From: a virus
IMG/VR virus record: IMGVR_UViG_3300045988_161046
Location: 32,001-96,000 of that record
Strand: one strand, 5' to 3'
Length of the DNA: 64,000 bases
Of the stretch, positions 8,727 to 16,895 are shown piece by piece. Numbering within the stretch: position 1 is the first letter of the stretch; every line of letters begins with the position of its first letter. The position numbers and the translations under genes are program-made. The notes below the pieces were generated by a model. The model saw only the letters and a list, made by a program, of their open reading frames with translations. It was not told the origin of the DNA and did not search any database.

Positions 8727-10016
8727 ACTTCTGTAGAACACAGGAGCAAAAGAGCCTTTGCAATCGAAAAACTCCTTTGCCTTCTCCTCGATACCCAACT
8801 TTCGGATCATTTCAAAATCATCATCGCTACACTCCACGCAGAACCTTCCGTTCTTCATGCCAATGAAGGAAATGCGGGAAAGCAGTAATTTCTCAGCATC
8901 GCCTATAATGAGCTTGCAGAATGCCTTCCACTTGTCAGCGCCTTGCCCGCTCTCGGTTACAATCTTACTTTCCGTAAGCTGATGCACATGGGCGAATATA
9001 TCACCCTCTACCGGTTTTCCAGTTTGCTGTGTGCTGTTCTGCTTATACCGCTCATTCAGAGTGGCAGCAATATCAGTGTTCTTATCCTTAGATAGATGAT
9101 TCTCGCCAACCACCGTGCGCCGTACATGAAACCTGATAAACTCCGGATCACCTTTTCGCTTGCCCGATTTATAGATGATGTCTTCATCTTTCAGCTCATC
9201 AAATACGATGTCCGTCTGGGATAACTTCTCCATCCTCTGCAAATCCTTACATACCACATCGAGGACCTGCTTTCTGAACTGCGAGAACTTGGGGTATTTG
9301 TTCATAACCGGTTCGCCCAGCTCATTCAATAGAATCTCCTTCTTGTTGTTATCTAGTTCTACCAAACCGAGATAAGACTTCAGTTCCAGGAAAGGCACCG
9401 ATATATCCATGCTGCGGTTCAAACCTATCTGACGCAAGAGATAGATATATACGCGTGGAGTGTTCACGTTCTTGGCAAACTTTGCTATCATGGATATATG
9501 GTGAATATACCCCTGCCCCATATCGAATACACGCTTAGAAAGTTTCGGGTCAATCTCAAGCAGGATATATCCCAGTATGCGGTCCACCTTCTTTCCGTCC
9601 TTAGTCGTATATCCGTTCTTCGACAATGGTATACGCATTCGGCTGAATATATGCGTAAATTCCTCGCTACCATCGGGCAGTGTACTCTTCACCGCCATAT
9701 CAAGAATACTTGTCTTCAGCTCCGCTCTCAACTTCTGATAGCTCATATTCTCGTAAGTAATGAAATCGTGAATATCTATCTTGATAGGCGGGATATTCAT
9801 AACAGCATGGTCCACGCCTTGCTCAAACAGAAAATCAGAACGAGCGTCGCCCAACTGTCTTTTCTCCAGGAAGTACTCATCCACAAATTTTTGGAGGTGG
9901 GTACTCGTTAGCATCAACACGTTCTGCTGGAACAAAGTGTATTGCTTATCCAGTTTCGTGAGCGAAAAAGGAGTATTTATCCAGGCTAAACCCTTGTTTT
10001 CATTATCTTCATTCAT
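8724..10016 (-). CDS. plasmid-type replication initiator candidate (iteron-binding Rep-like)
   Basis: 430-aa ORF whose ATG abuts four tandem 22-bp iterons; N-terminal 'LTKLDKQYTLFQQNVLMLTSTHL' recalls Rep winged-helix domains (from memory, no search). Confidence 0.45.
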   Translation of the reverse strand: MNEDNENKGLAWINTPFSLTKLDKQYTLFQQNVLMLTSTHLQKFVDEYFLEKRQLGDARSDFLFEQGVDHAVMNIPPIKIDIHDFITYENMSYQKLRAELKTSILDMAVKSTLPDGSEEFTHIFSRMRIPLSKNGYTTKDGKKVDRILGYILLEIDPKLSKRVFDMGQGYIHHISMIAKFAKNVNTPRVYIYLLRQIGLNRSMDISVPFLELKSYLGLVELDNNKKEILLNELGEPVMNKYPKFSQFRKQVLDVVCKDLQRMEKLSQTDIVFDELKDEDIIYKSGKRKGDPEFIRFHVRRTVVGENHLSKDKNTDIAATLNERYKQNSTQQTGKPVEGDIFAHVHQLTESKIVTESGQGADKWKAFCKLIIGDAEKLLLSRISFIGMKNGRFCVECSDDDFEMIRKLGIEEKAKEFFDCKGSFAPVFYRS

Positions 10017-10019
10017 ATA

Positions 10020-10107
10020 AAATCTGACTTTTCGTTTACCTAAATCTGACTTTTCGTTTACCTAAATCTGACCTTTCGTTTACCTAAATCTGACCTTTCG
10101 TTTACCT
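10020..10107 (+). repeat. four tandem 22-bp iterons AAATCTGACYTTTCGTTTACCT
   Basis: Counted directly: 10020-41, 10042-63, 10064-85, 10086-107, with no spacers. Confidence 0.95.
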
Positions 10108-10204
10108 AGAACTTTGTAAGTACTTAAATATCAGCACGTTAAGATTTTCCTAATATATATAATATAGATAATCTTATAATTTTCTATTTAAAGACTCCGT
10201 TTTT
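10108..10204. other. AT-rich stretch between iterons (possible DNA-unwinding element)
   Basis: 'AATATATATAATATAGATAATCTTATAATTTTCTATTTAAAG' lies between direct and inverted iterons. Confidence 0.45.
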
Positions 10205-10226
10205 AGGTAAACGAAAAGTCAGATTT
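10205..10226 (-). repeat. inverted iteron copy
   Basis: AGGTAAACGAAAAGTCAGATTT is the exact reverse complement of the iteron. Confidence 0.9.
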
Positions 10227-10314
10227 AGATAGGTAAATTGATACCAAGAACTATACCCCCTCGGTACTATTTCGGTACCTCGTCGAGGTAAAAGACTTTA
10301 GTAAGATTTTACCT

Positions 10315-10336
10315 AAATCTGACTTTTCGTTTACCT
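10315..10336 (+). repeat. isolated direct iteron copy
   Basis: Exact 22-mer just 3' of the RHH gene stop. Confidence 0.9.
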
Positions 10337-10339
10337 AGA

Positions 10340-10762
10340 TTATCCGTTCTTATGTCTATCCAGATACTCGATAACTGCCTGCAGAGCGATGTCCTTGATA
10401 GGCGTACCCGTCTCCATCTTCATCTGAAGAATCTGCATGTAATATTTCATCGGCACATAGATGGTGATACCGTTTTGCGTCTTCTTGCCAGCCTTTCTCA
10501 TAGGTGCAGAGTCGGGAGCAGAAAAAGGAGCGGCTGATGCAGGAGGAACCGGAGACTGCGAAGGTGCTTCAGCCTGGGGTGCAGGTTCCGGCTCTGCGGT
10601 ACCCTGCCCGTTCTGCTGTTTCTCCAATGCCTCGGCAGCCCGCTTCTGGCGAGCTTCCTCATTCGCCTCATAAATTTTCTCTATACCTTGGATAGCTGGA
10701 GAGTCTTCCAGTCCTTTAAACTTGTTTACACTATTATTCTTTGCTTGTCTTGCCATAATCAC
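10340..10762 (-). CDS. ribbon-helix-helix (ParG/CopG-like) DNA-binding protein, probable partition adaptor
   Basis: C-terminal 'ITIYVPMKYYMQILQMKMETGTPIKDIALQAVIEYL'; P/A/Q-rich linker; directly downstream of parA. Confidence 0.45.
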   Translation of the reverse strand: MIMARQAKNNSVNKFKGLEDSPAIQGIEKIYEANEEARQKRAAEALEKQQNGQGTAEPEPAPQAEAPSQSPVPPASAAPFSAPDSAPMRKAGKKTQNGITIYVPMKYYMQILQMKMETGTPIKDIALQAVIEYLDRHKNG

Positions 10763-10797
10763 TAAACATTAATCATTAATCACTAAAACACTAATCA

Positions 10798-11670
10798 CTA
10801 CTTCGGCATACTTGCCAATATCTCCTTCGTAAAGTTCTCATAGTCTTGCCCTACTCTACTGTAAGGCGAATAAGAAAATATATCCTGATTGATAGCCTGC
10901 GCTTCCACCATCTTCGTATCACGACGAGTATACGAGTCGAACATGTAGTCATCAAACTTATTGCCCAGATACTCCTTAAACTGCTTTGTGGCTCTCGTCT
11001 GATCATTACTCATTACCATAAACAGACCACGAATATCAATATCAGGGTTCAAGTCTTCTCGCGTTTCCTGTACCGCATTCAGAATTTCGGCAATACCTTT
11101 TGTTGCCAACATTTCAAGCTGGATAGGTATCACTACACCCGATGCAACCGATAGGGCATTATGCGTGAGAAGTGACAAAGCTGGTGGGCAGTCAATCAAT
11201 ACATAGTCGAAAGCCTCCAGGATAGAAGATACTCCCTCATTTATCAGTTCATCACCCCGAACTTCGGTCAAAGGCTTGCCGAATAACTTAAACAAAGCCT
11301 TGCGTGGTACCGGCATCTGATTGAGGAATGGTTCGATATTGATAAGGCGATAAGATGCTGGAGCAAGATAGATACCTTCCCTTACCTGGTAAACAGGCAA
11401 GCGGGATTGCTGTATCATCGCATCGTACATGGTAGGCTGCCCCATATTCTCTGCCTCACTCCATCCAAAGAGGAAGGAAAGGCTCGACTGCGGATCGAGG
11501 TCGATGAGCAAGATACGAGGCTTGCGCTCCTTGCCGTTTTCACCCTTGCCAAAGTAACCCTTGCCATAACGACGAAGACCAGTTGCTAAACTCTGTACGG
11601 TTGTTGTCTTACCAACTCCTCCCTTGTGATTTACGAAGGCGAGGATTTCTTTTAATCTTGTTTCTGCCAT
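10798..11670 (-). CDS. parA: ParA/Soj-family partition ATPase
   Basis: Deviant Walker A 'NHKGGVGKTTT'; 'LLIDLDPQ'; Walker B 'YVLIDCPP'. Confidence 0.85.
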   Translation of the reverse strand: MAETRLKEILAFVNHKGGVGKTTTVQSLATGLRRYGKGYFGKGENGKERKPRILLIDLDPQSSLSFLFGWSEAENMGQPTMYDAMIQQSRLPVYQVREGIYLAPASYRLINIEPFLNQMPVPRKALFKLFGKPLTEVRGDELINEGVSSILEAFDYVLIDCPPALSLLTHNALSVASGVVIPIQLEMLATKGIAEILNAVQETREDLNPDIDIRGLFMVMSNDQTRATKQFKEYLGNKFDDYMFDSYTRRDTKMVEAQAINQDIFSYSPYSRVGQDYENFTKEILASMPK

Positions 11671-11838
11671 AATCTTAAAAGTATTAATTCTTTTATATAT
11701 ATTAATGTATTCATTTCTTTGTTGAAAGAAAGAAAGCTATATTTTTTTCTTTCAATAAACACACTAACGCATCCACACATAAATACACATTTGTGCTTTT
11801 CTGCTTTTGTGGAAACATGCTTTTGTGTTTTAATGCCG

Positions 11839-11870
11839 CAAAGTTAAGATTTTAATTTTAAACCGCCAAA
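11839..11870 (-). promoter_or_regulatory. canonical TTTG-N20-TAACTTTG promoter
   Basis: Minus strand TTTGGCGGTTTAAAATTAAAATCTTAACTTTG, upstream of parA. Confidence 0.5.
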
Positions 11871-12007
11871 TGTTTTTAATATTTTTAATGCTTTTATGTA
11901 TGGATTGATGTATTGAAAGGAATAAACTAACAAATCAATCAAGAAATAAACCAATGAACGAACAAAGAAACAAACAAATGAAGAAACAAAGAAAGAAATT
12001 AATCAAT

Positions 12008-12075
12008 AAATACACAAACACATAAATACATAAACACATAAACGTGTGTTTATGTATGCTTTTATGTATTTGCGT
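12008..12075. repeat. CATAAA(T/C)AC repeat cluster with central palindrome (candidate centromere)
   Basis: 'ACACAAACACATAAATACATAAACACATAAACGTGTGTTTATGTATGC'; a related block lies at 11774-11795. Confidence 0.4.
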
Positions 12076-12132
12076 TTTTATGCTTTTCTGTTTTTTACCT
12101 TCTCATTTATCTTCTCAAAAGGAAAGGAAAAA

Positions 12133-12189
12133 GAAAACGTACCAAAGTATCGAAGTACGATAGTACTAAAGTGCTTTGGTACGTTTTCT
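12133..12189. terminator. long perfect-armed hairpin GAAAACGTACCAAAG...CTTTGGTACGTTTTC
   Basis: 15-nt arms read directly; A/T runs on both sides (bidirectional look). Confidence 0.45.
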
Positions 12190-12195
12190 TTTTCA

Positions 12196-12343
12196 GTGTT
12201 GAATGTTGAGTGTTAAATGTTGAATTTGGCTAGCGCCCTTGAGCCTGGTGGGGGACCAGCGATAGAATCGCTGGGGACGGGGGCGATAGGAAGAAACGCA
12301 ACCCCGATAGACTAATTCAACATTCAACACTCAACATTGAAAT
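12196..12343. repeat. low-complexity palindrome (GTTGAATGTTGAGTG... arms) enclosing hairpin-repeat copy 3
   Basis: Left arm 12196-12226 is near-complementary to right arm 12314-12343. Confidence 0.8.
12254..12285 (+). repeat. GAACGG-hairpin repeat copy 3
   Basis: CCAGCGATAGAATCGCTGG at 12256-12274, followed by GGACGGGGGCG. Confidence 0.9.
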
Positions 12344-13335
12344 CAAAACTCCACCACGCTCTGTTCTTCCTCCCACGCATCATTGAGTGATACCGAAATG
12401 GTGGAATGGTGATTATAGTAAGAGCCGCTTACTACCGTAACATGGTTGCGCTGCAAACTGATGTTCGATAGCTTAAACGAGGTGTAAGGCTCGGTGCTGC
12501 CCTTGCGGTTCATGGTGAAGGTGATGTCCGTAGTATAGCCATCCTTCGGCACCAGGAAATAGTAGAAGAGGGAAGAGGAGGTTTTGCCGGCATATCTCGT
12601 AACGTCAGCGATACGCAGGTTTGATACCTTGCCGGTGGCGGCAAAGGTCTGCCAGTCCCATTGTTTATATTCATCGAGCTGTAACTGCAGGGTACTGCAA
12701 TCTTCCGGATATGTTCCGGTGTTCTTTACCGTCAGTTTCGCTACGATACGTTCCAGTTGGATATTGATACTCTGGTTCTGACCGACGCTTATACTCACGT
12801 CCTGCACTGCGCCGAAGCTGTCAGAGTTCTTCGTGCTCGTAAGCACAGCAGGAAGGACACCATCGGCAGACACCGAAAAGGCAGTATTATCTGCCAGACT
12901 CCATAACGAGCCATCAGCAGAGAGTAGGGTAGGGGTTTCGCTTCTCGTAGCTATCACCTTCAGCGTATGATTGCCGTAATCGAGACTCAGGGATGGCTCT
13001 GCAAAATCCTCGGCATCGGCAGTCTGGTGCAACACCTGGAGCAGTTTGCCGCTTGCCTTGTCGTAATCGAAGATGTAGAGGTCGGTCATCGCCTTGCCGT
13101 TGGCAGCAAGCTCGGCACGCGTGATAGGGTAGGCGATCCGTCGGCACTGGCTCACGCTCACGTCACCGCCTTCTGGCGAAGTAAACCGCAGTCTTACCAT
13201 AGTCTTGCCCGTCATAGGCCGGCTGCCTCCGTTCTCTACTGCATCTTCCACATACTCGGTGCATGAGGTATTCATCATCATGCACGCTGCCATCATCGCA
13301 AAGGTGGTGGCAAACAAAAACTTCTTAGTTCTCAT
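12343..13335 (-). CDS. secreted lipoprotein (fimbrillin-like fold suspected)
   Basis: Signal + lipobox 'MMMNTSC'; beta-rich; 'ERIVAKLTVKN' recalls Bacteroidota fimbrillin/Mfa-like proteins (from memory). Confidence 0.4.
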   Translation of the reverse strand: MRTKKFLFATTFAMMAACMMMNTSCTEYVEDAVENGGSRPMTGKTMVRLRFTSPEGGDVSVSQCRRIAYPITRAELAANGKAMTDLYIFDYDKASGKLLQVLHQTADAEDFAEPSLSLDYGNHTLKVIATRSETPTLLSADGSLWSLADNTAFSVSADGVLPAVLTSTKNSDSFGAVQDVSISVGQNQSINIQLERIVAKLTVKNTGTYPEDCSTLQLQLDEYKQWDWQTFAATGKVSNLRIADVTRYAGKTSSSLFYYFLVPKDGYTTDITFTMNRKGSTEPYTSFKLSNISLQRNHVTVVSGSYYNHHSTISVSLNDAWEEEQSVVEF

Positions 13336-13440
13336 AAGCCAAAAATTTTAAAAGTTGTTATAGATATATTTTAAAGCTCTATTCCCTTTTGCATCGGCGA
13401 AACTCAGTGATATTTCGCCGATGCAATAACGTAGGGAAAA

Positions 13441-14271
13441 CTATTCCGTCAGGTTCGGGTACATATCGTATTTGCTGGCGGCTTCCTGCTGCCACTCGTA
13501 AGACTTACTTTTGTATGCTTCCTCCTGATACTCTTTATCCAGGAACTCGTTCCACTGCTTGTTAAATTCATCCTGCACGAATATCCTTATCATTCCGAGA
13601 TACTTCTTTTCTTTATCATAGATGATACGGTTTTCCTTTTTGCGGTCGTCAGCATTCGGAGAAGTTGATTTCCTGAAGAAAACTCCAAATTCAACCTTAG
13701 AACGAAACAGCTTGCGGTATTCTATCAGGAAAGGAACTAGGCGGTCTCTCAGCTTTTCTAATATCTCCTCTTCCTCATCCTCTAAACCACTAGCCGAAGA
13801 ACGTAGAATCTCATCTAAAGACATTACTACCACATTCCTGTCTGTCTCTACCGTCAGTTCACAATACCAACATTCATCTTCAGAATATCCGTCCTTATAA
13901 AAACAGTGGTTTACGAACACTTTTAAGGAACCAGTCATATTCGATTTATCTATATGAACATCATAATTTTCCAGATTAGGAATAAGTGATGAAATATATT
14001 TAGTATATCCAAAGATATAGCATAGATTTTCAAAAGGTATCGTTTCGCCACGATGGGCGATGACTGGGTTATCATCAAAGTCGTCCTTTGCACCTGCAGG
14101 GATATGCCAGTAGTCATCATCGCCGATATAATACGGCTCGTCTAATCTATCTGGAATATCTTTATCTTTCTTCCATGCTATACCAACACGCTCACTCAAT
14201 ATGCCATACTCATCAACGAAAATGGCATGATCATTATAAGGAATGGCTACTATTTCTTCATTATCTTTCAT
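13441..14271 (-). CDS. hypothetical protein
   Basis: 276-aa ORF; no motif recognised. Confidence 0.5.
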   Translation of the reverse strand: MKDNEEIVAIPYNDHAIFVDEYGILSERVGIAWKKDKDIPDRLDEPYYIGDDDYWHIPAGAKDDFDDNPVIAHRGETIPFENLCYIFGYTKYISSLIPNLENYDVHIDKSNMTGSLKVFVNHCFYKDGYSEDECWYCELTVETDRNVVVMSLDEILRSSASGLEDEEEEILEKLRDRLVPFLIEYRKLFRSKVEFGVFFRKSTSPNADDRKKENRIIYDKEKKYLGMIRIFVQDEFNKQWNEFLDKEYQEEAYKSKSYEWQQEAASKYDMYPNLTE

Positions 14272-14369
14272 GTTTCTTAGTTTTAAAATTGTTCTTTATA
14301 TATATCTAAGTAACGCAAGGGTTTCCGGAATTATTATATACCCTCACGTATTTTTTATTAAAATCTGCT

Positions 14370-14464
14370 CAAGCAGCACGCCCTGAAAAGGCAGCAGCTC
14401 CTAGCCCAGGGCAGCGCCCTGGGTAATCATAAGCGCGCCCCTTTCGCCCTGTAAGGGCAAAAGC
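14370..14464 (+). repeat. about 95-bp REP/MITE-like element, copy A (three nested hairpins)
   Basis: Near-identical to the reverse complement of 25904-25997; includes CCCAGGG-CAGCG-CCCTGGG. Confidence 0.85.
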
Positions 14465-16155
14465 TTTTTCTCGTTTCCAGGTGGTGGCATAGGCTGCGCA
14501 GCCACACCCACCAGATGGTGGATTTTTCTTGCGTCTATGCCCTTATCTCGCCCAGAAGGTGTAGTTGTAGGCGACGATACAAGATAGCCGCATACAGACT
14601 TAAAATCTCTGGTGTACGATGGTGATGCAAGCAACTCGGCAATATTCATCTTTACGATAGCCGCAGGAACGGAAGCATAAGGGTGTTTTATTTCTTTCTC
14701 TTCTTCCTCCTTATCCTGTGCCAAATCTGCATGCTCCTTCGCCTTCAATGCATCCTTGAACATTTTATCCAGCTTCACGCCCTTGTAGGCGAAGAAAGCG
14801 CAGCCACGATAACTGTTAGCCTTATTCCGTCTATCATCAGGCATGAACTCCTTGCAGAAACCGGAAAGGGTGTAAACCTTGCCCTGATATACCACCTTGT
14901 TATTGTCTATCGTGATAACCCTCTGCCCACCATGGATAAAAGTAATGATGTCGCCAGGCTCGATACCGATTTTATCAAAAGCAAACTTGCGGCTATCATC
15001 TACAGACTTCTTTTTCTTCTCTGAAGATAATGCAGCTTTCTCTTCTGCCGCAGGAGCAGTGATTTCGCAGGTCTTCTGTAATAGCTTAACACCTTTGCCT
15101 GGTTCCCCCGCATCATATACGCCATCAGCCACCTTTTCGCCGATATATGAATCACCATCCTTGCGAGGGCAGAGCAGATAAACGTTTCCGTTCTCACTCT
15201 CAGCCATCTTCAGAGTCTTCTCATTGATACCCAGATAGAGAATATCCAACTGAGGGATAGAGAGAAGATGCTCTGTGCCGAAACTAAGGGCAAAGCTATG
15301 TTTCAATACTTCATCGGTGGCAAAGGTGGCTACGTTCTCGCCCATCTTTACCGTGATAACCTTCTCGCCCTTCTTTCCGGAAAGAGAAACATATTCCTCT
15401 CCAGATACAGAATAGATCATCTTGCGGATAGCATCCCAGCTGCCGCCGATACGGACGCAATATCCGTCGAAGATGTTGCCGAAGCAGGATGCCCAGTCTA
15501 CGAACCGACAAGGAGAAGGTTCATAAGAAGTCATGCCATCAAACTCTATTACGGTAGTCTCTTCACGATTATCCAGTTTCACGGCCGCCAGTTCGTACAC
15601 TTCACCCGGCTTCATCTTTGCGCACATCTTCTTCCAGGTCTTCGCATTGATGAGCATTTCGCGGGTATCCCCCGATTTCTGGGTGATGGTAACAGGCATA
15701 GCCAGCAGCTTATGGCTATCAGTAGCCACCAGGCGGTTTCTCTCTGCATCTATAAATATACTGATTATTGCCTCCATATCATGCTTTTTATAGACGAAAT
15801 CGCAAAGTTCTGCCATCTCCTTGGTAGCCTGAAAACATACGCAGCCACGTTCCTTCTCGTTCTCTTCCTGATAAGTAAACATGCGCGCATTCTTGCCAAT
15901 GCCGGCAAGACCCTCGAACTTAGTAACAAGACGGAAGATATACGCAGCAGCAAACTCGCAGCGGAAGCTGCCTACCTCTATCTGGAATGACTGATCTTTA
16001 TCTGCATCACCCCAATAAAAAATCTTACCCATGTTCTTTGCTATCTCGCTGGCACGGAAACAACCGTGGTCGTTTCTTACCATCTTCTGCCAAATCATTT
16101 CGGCTATCTCATACAGTTTGTTGAGGATAGCCATATTCAGTTCCTTATTTGTCAT
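14401..16155 (-). CDS. sliding-clamp (DnaN)-like domain protein with extra N- and C-terminal regions
   Basis: 'NRLVATDSHKLLAMPV' and 'CRFVDWASCF' sit where DnaN has ATDGHRLA and FPDY; the last ~20 codons are supplied by REP copy A. Confidence 0.4.
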   Translation of the reverse strand: MTNKELNMAILNKLYEIAEMIWQKMVRNDHGCFRASEIAKNMGKIFYWGDADKDQSFQIEVGSFRCEFAAAYIFRLVTKFEGLAGIGKNARMFTYQEENEKERGCVCFQATKEMAELCDFVYKKHDMEAIISIFIDAERNRLVATDSHKLLAMPVTITQKSGDTREMLINAKTWKKMCAKMKPGEVYELAAVKLDNREETTVIEFDGMTSYEPSPCRFVDWASCFGNIFDGYCVRIGGSWDAIRKMIYSVSGEEYVSLSGKKGEKVITVKMGENVATFATDEVLKHSFALSFGTEHLLSIPQLDILYLGINEKTLKMAESENGNVYLLCPRKDGDSYIGEKVADGVYDAGEPGKGVKLLQKTCEITAPAAEEKAALSSEKKKKSVDDSRKFAFDKIGIEPGDIITFIHGGQRVITIDNNKVVYQGKVYTLSGFCKEFMPDDRRNKANSYRGCAFFAYKGVKLDKMFKDALKAKEHADLAQDKEEEEKEIKHPYASVPAAIVKMNIAELLASPSYTRDFKSVCGYLVSSPTTTPSGRDKGIDARKIHHLVGVAAQPMPPPGNEKKLLPLQGERGALMITQGAALG

Positions 16156-16199
16156 AGTCTTATAATCTTTAAAAACGAAAGTATTAAAATTGATATATT

Positions 16200-16322
16200 T
16201 TATTTGAATGCTCCAGCCAGAAGTGGCAGGAAGAACACAGCTACGCCGATGGTAGAGAATAGCAGCACGGCTACACCTACCAGGGCGATGGCTGCAACGG
16301 AATATGTAATTACTTTTTTCAT
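16200..16322 (-). CDS. 40-aa small membrane protein (not in the ORF track)
   Basis: My translation: MKKVITYSVAAIALVGVAVLLFSTIGVAVFFLPLLAGAFK; its leader resembles that of the neighbouring gene. Confidence 0.35.
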   Translation of the reverse strand: MKKVITYSVAAIALVGVAVLLFSTIGVAVFFLPLLAGAFK

Positions 16323-16397
16323 AATGCTATAATCTTTTTAAAGTATTAAAATTGATGTTTATAATTTTATCTCAGCATCGGTAAAGTTTTGCCGATG

Positions 16398-16583
16398 CTA
16401 TAATGAAGGGTTTTCCTGCGCCTTTAAGGTCGCAGCCTCGATAGCGCGTACAATATCCGTGATATATCTGCTGCCTCCATGTTTTCTTATCCAGTTGTGA
16501 ACGTCATTGGGTACTACGTATTTATGCACGCTGCCCTCGGCTGCGCGTCTGCCTCTCTTATTCGTTGTTTTAATATTCTCCAT
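16398..16583 (-). CDS. hypothetical small basic protein
   Basis: 61-aa ORF; leader shared with 16876..17268. Confidence 0.4.
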   Translation of the reverse strand: MENIKTTNKRGRRAAEGSVHKYVVPNDVHNWIRKHGGSRYITDIVRAIEAATLKAQENPSL

Positions 16584-16689
16584 AAAAATCCGCTTATCCG
16601 TGATGCAGTAGGGCTGTAAATTTATTAAAATTCTATAATAATTCGGGTGAAATGATACAATGTATCGTTTTATTCCTTAAATTTGCACT

Positions 16690-16895
16690 CGTCTTCGGAA
16701 GGCTTTTAATCGTACCTTTATGGATATTGATTTAATCGTACCTTTATGGAATGGAAAGAGCAATAAAAACTTCCGTTGACGGTCAGACTTTCAAAAGTCT
16801 GTGGATTTAAACGCTCTTAATGAGCCAAATTTCTACTATAGTAGATTCGAGACGCCAGACTCGCAGTGCCCCGGCTTAGGTCGGGGCTTTTTCGT
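16690..16895 (+). ncRNA. candidate ~200-nt plus-strand RNA
   Basis: TAAATTTG -7 box at 16678-16685; two 19-nt direct repeats (16706-24, 16732-50); hairpin 16786-16803; palindrome CTACTATAGTAG; GCCCCG...CGGGGC + T5 terminator at 16870-16894. Confidence 0.3.

Noticed and set aside
10020-10107. Possible CRISPR array, because of four identical 22-bp direct repeats
   Set aside because: The repeats are contiguous with no spacers. An inverted copy and an AT-rich block lie nearby, and the array abuts a Rep-like gene. This is iteron architecture, not CRISPR.
15268-15990. 240-aa plus-strand ORF inside the clamp-like gene. The same applies to 54473..55054, 55253..55870, 55702..56301, 57225..57722 and 62674..63324.
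   Set aside because: All are antisense to longer ORFs that have recognisable motifs or operon context. None has start-site signals.
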